Below, one piece after another: positions 46,692 to 55,927 of a stretch of DNA of 64,000 bases. Below the pieces are notes generated by a model, which saw only the letters and a program-made list of their open reading frames with translations, did no database searches and was not told the DNA's origin. The DNA comes from an archaeon. GTDB lineage: Archaea; Nanobdellota; Nanobdellia; SCGC-AAA011-G17; PNOQ01. Numbering within the stretch: the stretch's first letter is position 1; every line of letters begins with the position of its first letter. The DNA is taken from assembly GCA_018671245.1 (NCBI GenBank), contig JABHIB010000001.1, positions 31,888 through 95,887 of the forward strand. The letters run 5' to 3'. Made by a program: the position numbers and the translations under genes.

Positions 46692-49220
46692 ATGAAATTA
46701 CCTAATTATGTAAACCAAGATAATCTTGAAGAGAGACTATCAGACAATTCTAAATGGACTTTGGAGCAGAAATACCTTAAAAGAAATGGTGAAGGAAAAA
46801 TAGTAGAGGGGCCAAAAGAAAGACTCTACACGATAGCAAATACTATAGCAACTATTGATTCAAGTTACGGACATTCAGAGGAAGAAATCGGAAAAGTAAC
46901 AGAAAATTTTTATAACGCTATGACAAACTTAAATTTTTTACCTGCAGGAAGAGTATTCACGAATGCAGGAACAGAAACCAAAGCTCTATTCAATTGTTAT
47001 GTACTTGATCCAGAAGATAGTATAGATCCAGATGATGATCTTAATGATATTTTCGGGGAAGTTAGGAAAGGTGCAAGAATCCACAAAGAAGGTGGAGGAA
47101 CGGGATATAATTTTTCAAAACTACGGCCTAGAGGAAGTTATGTAAAAAAATCAAAAGGTGTTGCATCTGGACCAATCTCTTTTATGGAACAGTTCGATAA
47201 GGCGACAGAAATAATAAATTCTGGAAATAGGCGTGGAGCAAATATGGGGATATTGGATGTAAACCACCCAGATATAATGGATTTTATCTATGCAAAGGCA
47301 GTACATGAAAAATTAAAAAATTTCAACATCTCAATTGGAGCTACAGATAAATTTATGGATGCGACAATAAATGATGGATACTTTCCATTAGAATTCAAGG
47401 GAAATCCTCTAACCTTGGATGACTTACTCAATTATCAATCTAATATAGAAGAAAATAAACTAGGTGGTTCAGAAATTGGGAAAGCTCCAAATCCTCCATC
47501 TTTAATAGTAGATAAGGAAAAAGGAAGAGTTCTAGATTCATATACAAACCAAGATATCGGAAGGATAAATGAAGAAAACAATGTAGAGTTATACGGTCCT
47601 GCAGTAATGGACATAATTGCAAATCTTGCTTGGCAAACTGCAGATCCTGGAATGATATTTTTAGATGCAATAAACCGAGAAAATCCATTACCAAATAAGG
47701 GTCCAATAAAAGCTACAAACCCTTGCGGGGAACAACCATTACATCCTTATGATGCATGTAACCTAGGTTCACTCAATCTTTCAAATATGGTCAAAAAATT
47801 AGAAGACGGCTATGAAGTTGATTGGGACAAACTAAATGAAACTACTCAGACTGCAGTGCACTTTATGGATAATGTAAATGATGCTAGCAAAGGGCCGATA
47901 AAAGAGATAGAGGATACAGTATTAGAACATAGAAGAATCGGACTTGGTGTGATGGGATGGGCAGACATGTTATTAAAATTAAAAGTACCTTATGATTCTA
48001 AAGAAGCAGTAGAACTAGCAGAACAAGTAATGTCTAGCATAAATAATACTGCGAAAGAAAAGTCAGTTCAACTAGCAGAACAAAGGGGAGTTTTTCCGGC
48101 ATTCGAAGGAAGTATATATGATACTGGAGATTTAGAAGACAGAGTTAGAAATGTTGCAAGAACAACAATTGCTCCAACAGGTTCAATAGCTATGGTAGCG
48201 GGAGTGTCTGGAGGCATAGAACCTTATTTCTCAAATATTTTTTATAAGAACATCAGAGGTGGAGAAAGATTAAAATTTGTGAATCCTGAGTTAGAAAGAG
48301 CATTAAAAGATAATGGCATATATTCAGAAAAACTACTTGATAAGATAGAAAAGAACGGGGGTTCATTAAAAGGAATAAAAGAGATTCCAAAAGAATTACA
48401 AGAGATATTTAAGGTAGCAGGAGATATTCATTCAAAGGATCACATTAGAGTTCAAGCAGCATTTCAAAGGAATCTTGACAATGCAGTTAGTAAAACAATA
48501 AATATGCCAAATAATGCAACTGTTGATGATGTTAAGGAAGCATACCTATTAGCCTATCAAATGGGATTAAAAGGTACAACAATTTATAGAGATGGATCAA
48601 AGGATGTTCAAGTTTTAGAAACAAATAAGGAAGAGGAAACTGAGAGAACATATATCACCCCAAGAAAAATTCCTGACATGATGCCTTCAGTAAAAATAAA
48701 ACAGCATACTCCTTTCGGTCACATGCATGTAAATATTACTGTAGATCCAAAAGATGGGGCACCTTATGAAGTATTCGCACAGTTGGGAAAAAGTGGAGAT
48801 GTTGTACATGCAGATTTAGAAGGGATCTGTAGACAATTAAGTACTAATCTCAGAGCTGGAGTGGATCCAAATTATTGTGTAGATCAATTGGAAGGAATAG
48901 GTGCAAGTATAGCTAGCATTCCTACAAGAGAGGGAGTAGTAACTTCTATACCTGATGGAGTTGGAAGGGCACTTAAGAAATATTTAATGGCAATAGAGAA
49001 TTATGGATTTGAGAATTTATTGTTAGGAAATGTAGATTATGATGAAATTGTCGATGAATTGAGTGATACTCTAAAAAAAGGAAACGGGAACAGTTCAACA
49101 AATTCAAATGAGGATCAGAAGAACACATACGGAATAAAATGTCCAAAATGTGAAGGTGGCAAGTTAATCTTTCAAGAAGGTTGTAAAAGATGTTCGTCTT
49201 GTGATTATTCTGCATGCTAA
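46692..49220 (+). CDS. nrdJ: ribonucleoside-diphosphate/triphosphate reductase, class II (adenosylcobalamin-dependent) with C-terminal zinc ribbon
   Basis: 842 aa. NPCGEQPL active-site loop, TINMPNNATVDDVKEAY...GLKGTTIYRDGS C-terminal motif, terminal CPKCEGG...CKRCSSCDY. Confidence 0.8.
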   Translation: MKLPNYVNQDNLEERLSDNSKWTLEQKYLKRNGEGKIVEGPKERLYTIANTIATIDSSYGHSEEEIGKVTENFYNAMTNLNFLPAGRVFTNAGTETKALFNCYVLDPEDSIDPDDDLNDIFGEVRKGARIHKEGGGTGYNFSKLRPRGSYVKKSKGVASGPISFMEQFDKATEIINSGNRRGANMGILDVNHPDIMDFIYAKAVHEKLKNFNISIGATDKFMDATINDGYFPLEFKGNPLTLDDLLNYQSNIEENKLGGSEIGKAPNPPSLIVDKEKGRVLDSYTNQDIGRINEENNVELYGPAVMDIIANLAWQTADPGMIFLDAINRENPLPNKGPIKATNPCGEQPLHPYDACNLGSLNLSNMVKKLEDGYEVDWDKLNETTQTAVHFMDNVNDASKGPIKEIEDTVLEHRRIGLGVMGWADMLLKLKVPYDSKEAVELAEQVMSSINNTAKEKSVQLAEQRGVFPAFEGSIYDTGDLEDRVRNVARTTIAPTGSIAMVAGVSGGIEPYFSNIFYKNIRGGERLKFVNPELERALKDNGIYSEKLLDKIEKNGGSLKGIKEIPKELQEIFKVAGDIHSKDHIRVQAAFQRNLDNAVSKTINMPNNATVDDVKEAYLLAYQMGLKGTTIYRDGSKDVQVLETNKEEETERTYITPRKIPDMMPSVKIKQHTPFGHMHVNITVDPKDGAPYEVFAQLGKSGDVVHADLEGICRQLSTNLRAGVDPNYCVDQLEGIGASIASIPTREGVVTSIPDGVGRALKKYLMAIENYGFENLLLGNVDYDEIVDELSDTLKKGNGNSSTNSNEDQKNTYGIKCPKCEGGKLIFQEGCKRCSSCDYSAC

Positions 49221-49265
49221 ATAGAAATAAATATAAACTATACTGCCATTTATCTCAGTAAGAGG

Positions 49266-51206
49266 TGATTAGAAATAAAAAAATCAATTTTATTTTTTTT
49301 ATTATTAGTTCCATTAGCTTTAGCTCAAGAATCTTATACTGATTACTCTACTGTGAGCATGGATCTTGAAGTTTTGGCACAACTAACTATGGAAGAAGAT
49401 GAGTCTGGGGCCAGTTTAGATTATGCTGAAGCAACCCTTCTGATTAATCCACTTCAAATTCAACATCAATCAATATTAGATCTAAATACTTTTTCAGATG
49501 AATCTGCAGACATAAGCGAAGTAGATGATTCTTTAAAATTTAGATGGGAAGATTATTCAGAAACTATAGAATTTGGATATACTGCAAGAATAGAGACTGA
49601 AAATATTTTACACAAGATTCCACGAATACAATTTCCAATAATTGATTTGGATGAAGAGTATGAAATCTACCTAGAAGGTGGAGAAAAGACAGATATTACT
49701 CCTGAGATATTAGAGAAAGCAAATGAGATTATCGAAGGAGAATCAAATCTTTATTCCGCAGTTTTCAAACTAGCAAACTGGGTAAATGAGAATATAGAGT
49801 ATGACTTAAATTCACAAACTGCAAATGCTGCATTATCCTCTTCATGGGTTCTGGAAAATAAAGAAGGTGTATGCGATGAGCTTGCAACTCTATTCATTTC
49901 ACTATCTCGTTCAGTAGGGATTCCCGCAAGATTTATTTCAGGGGTAGCATATTCAAGCTCAACAGAAGATTTTGGTAATCATGGTTGGGCAGAAGCATAT
50001 TTTCCAGATTATGGATGGGTACCATTTGATATTTCGTTTGGACAGTTTGGATGGATTGATCCAACCCATATAAGATTATTAGAAAATGTTGATTCTGGGA
50101 CTCCTTCAATAAGATATAATTGGAGATCGAATAATGTGCTAATTTCCCCTAATGGTTTAAACATCAGTGCAGAAATTACAGGCTTTGGAAACAAAATAAA
50201 CTCCCCTTTTGATATTGATTTAGAAATACTTGAAAATAATGTAGCTCCTGGAAGTTATGTTCCAATAAAAGTAACTATAGAAAACCCTTATGATTCTTAT
50301 GTATCTGATACTGCAATAATAACAAAAGCTCCAGAATTATTGTCAGACAATACTAAAATAACATTATTAAAACCAAATCAAAACAAAGTGATATTTTGGA
50401 TAATAAAGATTCCAGATAATGCTGAAGATAATATGAGATACTCTACCCAGATAGAAGTTGTAGATCTATTTGGAGAAATAACTTCAGAAGTTATAGAATT
50501 CTCTTCCAGCGAAGGATATGATTATATTTCGGAAGATAAAGCAAGAGAGATGATAGAAGAGTTAGAAGAGATTGAAGAGAAGACCTATTCTGAAGAGATT
50601 TCATTAGAATGTGGGGCAGAGAGATCTTACTATTACACTTTTGAAAATATACCTATATCTTGCAAAATTAAAAATATAGGCAACAAGATTTTAACTGGAA
50701 TCTCGGTTTGTTTAGATCAGGAATGTGAAATCGTAGATCTAACTATATCTGAAGAAAAAAAAATACTCTTCGAAATTCAAGCAGAAAATTTAACAGAGAG
50801 AGTAGTTTCTGCAAAAAATGAAGTAATCGATTTAATCAGTAATATTCAACTAACAATCCTAGGAAAACCTGACTTAAAAATGATAGATTTTGAATATCCA
50901 GATCAAGTAGATTATGGTGAGAACTTTAATTTCATATTTAGGTTGGATTCTAAGGCACTAATAAAAAATCTATCAATCTCTATAAATGGTGCCAATAAAC
51001 AAATAATCCAAGAGTCACAAGGAATAACTAATTTGGAAGCAAAGCTAAACTCAAAATATCTCTTAAATAATAAAATAAACATTTTAATTGAATATGAGGA
51101 TGAATTTAGAAATACATTTGAGTTAAATGAAGTAAAGACGATAAAAGTGATGAACCTCCCTTGGTATGCACAAATCTACAAATTTTTCATTGATCTGGTA
51201 AATTAA
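49266..51206 (+). CDS. secreted transglutaminase-like (papain-fold Cys-His-Asp) domain protein
   Basis: Core at EGVCDELATLF...GNHGWAEAYFPDYGWVPFDIS. The ORF track starts at GTG 49353. The in-frame upstream extension from GTG 49266 encodes a canonical signal peptide (V)IRNKKINFIFFIISSISLAQES. Confidence 0.5.
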
Positions 51207-51207
51207 T

Positions 51208-51813
51208 ATGAATAAAAATACTATACTAAAACTAATGGGGATAACCTTGATAGTATTATCTCTGATCAGAATATTCCTAATATTAAGATTTGGAACTCCT
51301 TCAAGCGTATTTTGGATAAGTAATCATGTTCCTCTAATCTTAGGGTTGGCAATTTTATTCAGAAATTCATTTTGGATCTTAGCAGAAACTGCATTCATTT
51401 TTGTTGGAGAAGTTGGATGGACCATAGATTATCTTTTCAAATTATCCTTCAATAAATATTTGGTTGGGTCAACAGCATATATGTTTAATCCAGCTTTCGC
51501 AACACCCTTGAAGATCTCAAGCTTACTTCATCTGATAGTGGTTCCTTTTGGAGTGATAGCATTTCTATTAATAAAGAAGAAACCAAAAAAAGCATGGAAA
51601 GGTGTAGCACTGCATCTAGCTCTATTATTGCCTATAATCATATACTATGGAGATAATCTAAATTTAAATTGCTTATTCAAGTCATGTATAAATTGGTTGC
51701 CAACAATTCCCCTATTCCCTATAATCTTTCCAATATTCTATGCACTAGTTTGTGTAACTCCAATAATATATCTTTTAAATAAATTGATTAGTAACTCTTC
51801 CCGAAATAAGTAA
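51208..51813 (+). CDS. integral membrane protein (6 TM)
   Basis: 201 aa. Starts 2 nt after the transglutaminase-like gene. Confidence 0.3.
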   Translation: MNKNTILKLMGITLIVLSLIRIFLILRFGTPSSVFWISNHVPLILGLAILFRNSFWILAETAFIFVGEVGWTIDYLFKLSFNKYLVGSTAYMFNPAFATPLKISSLLHLIVVPFGVIAFLLIKKKPKKAWKGVALHLALLLPIIIYYGDNLNLNCLFKSCINWLPTIPLFPIIFPIFYALVCVTPIIYLLNKLISNSSRNK

Positions 51814-53218
51814 CATATTCGGATTTAGCTTCGCAAGCAAAACATTTGCCTTTTCCTTTAGAATTAAATTCACTGTTCAAACTCTTCGTACTAGTCTTAG
51901 CTTTGATATTTTCTTCACAAGCAATCTTGCCACACCAATTAGCTTTTCCAATTTTTTTCTTACTAATTGTTTTCTTAAGTTCAGAAATAGTTTCAACTTC
52001 TTCAATTGAATTATATAATGCTTTCTTAGCTTTCTCGAATAAACTAGTTTGTATATCTTCAAGAATTTTATCGATACTACTTGTGATATCCTTTAGCTTT
52101 ACAACTATTTTTTCACCACTATCTCTTCTAACAATAACAGCTTGTTTATTTTCAACATCTTTTGGGCCAAGTTCTACTCTAATAGGAATTCCTTTCAGCT
52201 CCCATTCATTAAATTTCCATCCAGCAGAGTAATCTTCCCTATCGTCTAAAATTCCATCATATTTTTTCAAATTTTTCTCTATATCTTTAGCAACTTTCAT
52301 TACTTTATCTTTTGTTTTTGTAAATAATATTGGAATCAGAACAACTTTATTTGGCGCAATCTTTGGTGGCAAGACTAACCCTTTATCATCTCCATGTATA
52401 GCAAACATAACTCCCATCATTCTTGTACTGATAGCCCAAGTATTCTGATAAGGTAATTGTTTTTTCTCATTTTCATCTAAGAAACTGATATCAAAAGCCT
52501 TGGCAAAATTCTGTCCATCAAAATGAGTATCTGGCCCTTGGATAGCTTTACCATTTGGCATCATAAACTCTGTACTCCAGGTATATTCTGCACCAGCAAA
52601 TTTTTCTTTTTCTGATTTTTGACCAACTAATGAAGGTAATGCTAAATAATCTTTACAAAATGAATCCCATAACTTTATGATGTCCTTCATTTCTTTTTCT
52701 GCTTCTTCTCTTTTTGCAAAAACTGTATGTCCTTCGTTCCATAAAAATTCTCTACCTCTCAAGAATGGAACTGCATGTTTAAACTCCCATCTAACTACAT
52801 TATTCCACTGATTTAATTTCAAAGGTAAATCTTTCCAAGATCTAATCCATTTTGCATAAGATGGATACATAATTGTTTCAGAAGTAGGCCTTATTGCTAA
52901 TCTTTCATCTAATTTTGAATTCCCTGCATGAGTAACCCATGCAACTTCTGGAGAAAATCCTTCAATATGATTTGCTTCCTTCATTAAGTATTTTTCAGGA
53001 ATGAATAAAGGGAAATAAGCATTTTGCACACCTAGCTTTTTTAGTTTTTTATCTACCTCTCTTTGTATAGTTTCCCATATAGCATAACTTTTTGGTCTGT
53101 ACACAATGGATCCAGAAACTGCAGTATAATCTGCCATTTCACTCTTTATGATTGTTTGAGTATACCATTCAGAAAAGTTCTCATCCTTTTTTACCGTTAT
53201 GCCTTCTTGCTTAACCAT
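51788..53218 (-). CDS. proS: proline--tRNA ligase (archaeal/eukaryotic type)
   Basis: 476 aa. Class II motifs, anticodon-binding domain, C-terminal zinc-binding CGKIACEE...CFAC domain typical of archaeal ProRS. Confidence 0.8.
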   Translation of the reverse strand: MVKQEGITVKKDENFSEWYTQTIIKSEMADYTAVSGSIVYRPKSYAIWETIQREVDKKLKKLGVQNAYFPLFIPEKYLMKEANHIEGFSPEVAWVTHAGNSKLDERLAIRPTSETIMYPSYAKWIRSWKDLPLKLNQWNNVVRWEFKHAVPFLRGREFLWNEGHTVFAKREEAEKEMKDIIKLWDSFCKDYLALPSLVGQKSEKEKFAGAEYTWSTEFMMPNGKAIQGPDTHFDGQNFAKAFDISFLDENEKKQLPYQNTWAISTRMMGVMFAIHGDDKGLVLPPKIAPNKVVLIPILFTKTKDKVMKVAKDIEKNLKKYDGILDDREDYSAGWKFNEWELKGIPIRVELGPKDVENKQAVIVRRDSGEKIVVKLKDITSSIDKILEDIQTSLFEKAKKALYNSIEEVETISELKKTISKKKIGKANWCGKIACEENIKAKTSTKSLNSEFNSKGKGKCFACEAKSEYVTYFGKSY

Positions 53219-53291
53219 ATTCCAATAATCTTTTTAATCACTTTTAAATCTTTTCGTTTAATGAGCAACAGTAATGTTTATAAATTAACAA

Positions 53292-53672
53292 TTGTTAAGT
53301 TTTCAAATGAAATTAATGCTACAAGATGTGGAAGTAAGATATGTGATCCCTTCACTAAGAAGAGAATTGGCTATACACCTTTCAAAAGAAAAGTTAAAAC
53401 AGAAAGAGATAGCAGAATTATTAGAAATCACTCCTGCAGCAGTTTCACAATACCTTGTAAAGAAGAGAGGGATTGCAAAGTTCAGCAAAAGAATAATAGA
53501 ATCAGTAAGAGAGTCAGCAAATAGAATACTGGAAGGGAATTCAACAACACACAAGGAACTGATAAAATTAACAAAATTAATTCGGGACACAGCGATGGTT
53601 TGTGAAATCCACAAATTATATGATGATGTTCCAGAAAAATGTGAGGTTTGTTTTAAAAATGAAAATAACTAA
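53292..53672 (+). CDS. HTH transcriptional regulator with C-terminal Cys3-His cluster (putative Fe-S/metal-sensing)
   Basis: 126 aa (start possibly at internal Met). HTH KEIAELLEITPAAVSQYL. C-terminal MVCEIHKLYDDVPEKCEVCF. Confidence 0.4.
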   Translation: MLSFQMKLMLQDVEVRYVIPSLRRELAIHLSKEKLKQKEIAELLEITPAAVSQYLVKKRGIAKFSKRIIESVRESANRILEGNSTTHKELIKLTKLIRDTAMVCEIHKLYDDVPEKCEVCFKNENN

Positions 53673-53868
53673 AGATACAATAATTGGGGAATGTTTAGCA
53701 AAATATCCGAAGACAGCAGAAGTATTATTTGAAAGTGGAATACACTGTGTAGGTTGTTTTGCAGCAAATGTAGAAACAATTGAGATGGGTCTAAAAAGTC
53801 ATGGACTATCGGAAGACGATATAGAAGAGATTCTAGTGAAATTAAATAAGGTAACTAATGAGGAATAA
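53659..53868 (+). CDS. DUF1858 (hybrid-cluster-protein-associated redox disulfide) domain protein
   Basis: 69 aa from the internal ATG. IIGECLAKYPKTAEVLFESGIHCVGCFAANVETIEMG carries the HCxGC motif. Confidence 0.5.
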   Translation: MKITKDTIIGECLAKYPKTAEVLFESGIHCVGCFAANVETIEMGLKSHGLSEDDIEEILVKLNKVTNEE

Positions 53869-55036
53869 GCAAATTTACCTGGATAATTCTGCAACAACTC
53901 CTGTAGATAAAAAAGTAATAAAAGAAATGAGCAGATATTACTCTGAAGACTATGGGAATGCAGGAAGTATGCATGATTTGGGATTAATCTCAGATAATGT
54001 TTTGGATTCTTCAAGGGCAAAAGTTGCAAAAATACTAAATGCTGATTCGGAAGAAATAATTTTCACAGGATCCGGAACAGAAAGCATAAATCTGGCATTA
54101 AAAGGTTTGGCAAGAAAGTTAAAATCAAAAGGGAATCATATAATTTCAACAACCATAGAACATCCTGCAGTATTAAACACCTTAAAATCACTAAAAAAAG
54201 AAGGATTCGAGATATCTTTAGTTCCAGTAGAAAAAAATGGAATAATTTCATCTGATAAGATTAAATCTGCAATAAAAAAAGAAACAATCATAATTTCTAC
54301 AATCTATGCAAACAATGAACTTGGAACAATTCAACCAATAAGGGAAATTGGAAGTATAGCGAAGAATAAAAAGATAATTTTCCATACTGATGCATGTCAG
54401 GCAGCAAATTCTGAAGAGTTAGATGTAAAGAAACTAAATGTTGATTTAATGAGTTTGAATGGAAGCAAAATATACGGACCAAAAGGAACTGGTTGTCTAT
54501 ATAAAAATAATACAATTCAATTAGATCCTATTTTAGATGGTGGAAATCAAGAGTTCGGATTGAGAAGTGGGACAGAGAATATTCCAGGGATAGTAGGATT
54601 CACAAAGGCATTAGAATTAGCACAGAATGATAAGAAAAAGTATTCTAAAACTCTAACAGAACTACGAGATCACCTAATAACTGGATTGATGCAGATAGAT
54701 AGGACAATTCTGAATGGAGATAAGAAAAAAAGGCTTCCAAATAATGTTAACATAACATTTCTGAATATAGAGGGCGAATCAATATTACTAAAATTAAATG
54801 AATACAAAATTTATGCATCAACTGGGAGTGCATGTTCTTCAAGATCACTAACTGCTAGCCATGTTTTACTTGCAATAGGACAATCTGAAAAAGCAGCACA
54901 CGGGAGTATAAGATTCAGCTTAGGAAAATACACAAAAAAATCAGATATAAATAAGGTATTAAAAGTATTACCTAAGATTGTTAAAGAACTTAGAGAGATG
55001 TCTCCAGTTCATATGGAGTTAAAAGATTTAAAATGA
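53858..55036 (+). CDS. nifS: cysteine desulfurase (NifS/IscS, class V aminotransferase)
   Basis: 392 aa. PLP-Lys region (SLNGSKIYGPKG), active-site loop STGSACSS. Confidence 0.85.
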   Translation: MRNKQIYLDNSATTPVDKKVIKEMSRYYSEDYGNAGSMHDLGLISDNVLDSSRAKVAKILNADSEEIIFTGSGTESINLALKGLARKLKSKGNHIISTTIEHPAVLNTLKSLKKEGFEISLVPVEKNGIISSDKIKSAIKKETIIISTIYANNELGTIQPIREIGSIAKNKKIIFHTDACQAANSEELDVKKLNVDLMSLNGSKIYGPKGTGCLYKNNTIQLDPILDGGNQEFGLRSGTENIPGIVGFTKALELAQNDKKKYSKTLTELRDHLITGLMQIDRTILNGDKKKRLPNNVNITFLNIEGESILLKLNEYKIYASTGSACSSRSLTASHVLLAIGQSEKAAHGSIRFSLGKYTKKSDINKVLKVLPKIVKELREMSPVHMELKDLK

Positions 55037-55458
55037 GCGATGTAAAATCAAAAACTGGAAAAGAATGGTTTTATTCAGAAAGAGTTAAGGATCACTTCTT
55101 TAATCCGAGAAATATATTAAAAACAAAAGAAGAAGCAAAAAAATATTCTAAAGCTGCAGATGGGGAAGGCGAAGTGGGCTCCCCTGCCTGTGGAGATGTT
55201 ATGAAGGTCTGGATAAAGGTAAAAGATAACAAGATAAAAGATTGCAAATATCAAACATTCGGGTGTGCATCTGCAATTGCAGCAACATCTATGTTTTCTA
55301 CAATGGTAATTGGATTAAAAATAGAAGATGCACTAAAAATAACTGCAAAAGATATCACAGAGCAACTTGGAGGCCTACCTGCTAGAAAGTTCCATTGTTC
55401 AGTTTTAGCAGATCAAGCATTTAAGAAAGCTGTAAAAGATTATAGAAAAACTCAATAA
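55033..55458 (+). CDS. nifU: Fe-S cluster assembly scaffold (NifU/IscU N-terminal type)
   Basis: 141 aa. GSPACGDVMK, FGCASAIAATS, and conserved His/Cys (KFHCSVLA). Confidence 0.8.
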   Translation: MSDVKSKTGKEWFYSERVKDHFFNPRNILKTKEEAKKYSKAADGEGEVGSPACGDVMKVWIKVKDNKIKDCKYQTFGCASAIAATSMFSTMVIGLKIEDALKITAKDITEQLGGLPARKFHCSVLADQAFKKAVKDYRKTQ

Positions 55459-55769
55459 TCCTCAATTAATTTTTTAGCGGCAATAAAATGGTCTCTCAGT
55501 ATAGGATAATAACTCCTCCTAAAAGCTAAATTAACATTTGCTACATAAAGAATTGAATTTTTATCAAAATAAACTCTTTCTGTTCTACTAAAATTAAACG
55601 GTTCAGGAGTGCTAATACTCTCAATATTATTGATCTTTAATTCTATTTCAGAAAGTGGCAAACTATTCGGTATAACCTTCTCAAGAGATTCTAACCACAA
55701 TTTCACTTCACTATGAGTGCAATCATTCATCATAATATTTCCATATCTTGAGTCAAATTTATATTCCAT
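55452..55769 (-). CDS. hypothetical protein
   Basis: 105 aa, no motif. Confidence 0.25.
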   Translation of the reverse strand: MEYKFDSRYGNIMMNDCTHSEVKLWLESLEKVIPNSLPLSEIELKINNIESISTPEPFNFSRTERVYFDKNSILYVANVNLAFRRSYYPILRDHFIAAKKLIEDY

Positions 55770-55776
55770 AGTTTAA

Positions 55777-55850
55777 TGAGCCTGCGGGGATTTGAACCCC
55801 GACCAATCGGTCCGAAGCCGACCGCACTATCCAGATTATGCTACAGGCCC
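55777..55850 (-). tRNA. tRNA-Arg (anticodon TCG)
   Basis: Hand fold: acceptor GGGCCTG/CAGGCTC (one G-U), anticodon stem GTCGG/CCGAT with loop CTTCGGA, T-arm CGGGG-TTCAAAT-CCCCG. Confidence 0.7.
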
Positions 55851-55927
55851 GAAGAAACTAAACAAATTTACTATTTAAATCTTACCAATTCCAAAAAAGA
55901 TATAAACATAAAGAAATAAAAAATAAT

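Noticed and set aside
53063-53524. 153-aa plus-strand ORF overlapping the proS 5' end and the HTH regulator
   Set aside because: It overlaps the ProRS N-terminal coding region antisense and runs in a different frame from the better-supported HTH ORF.
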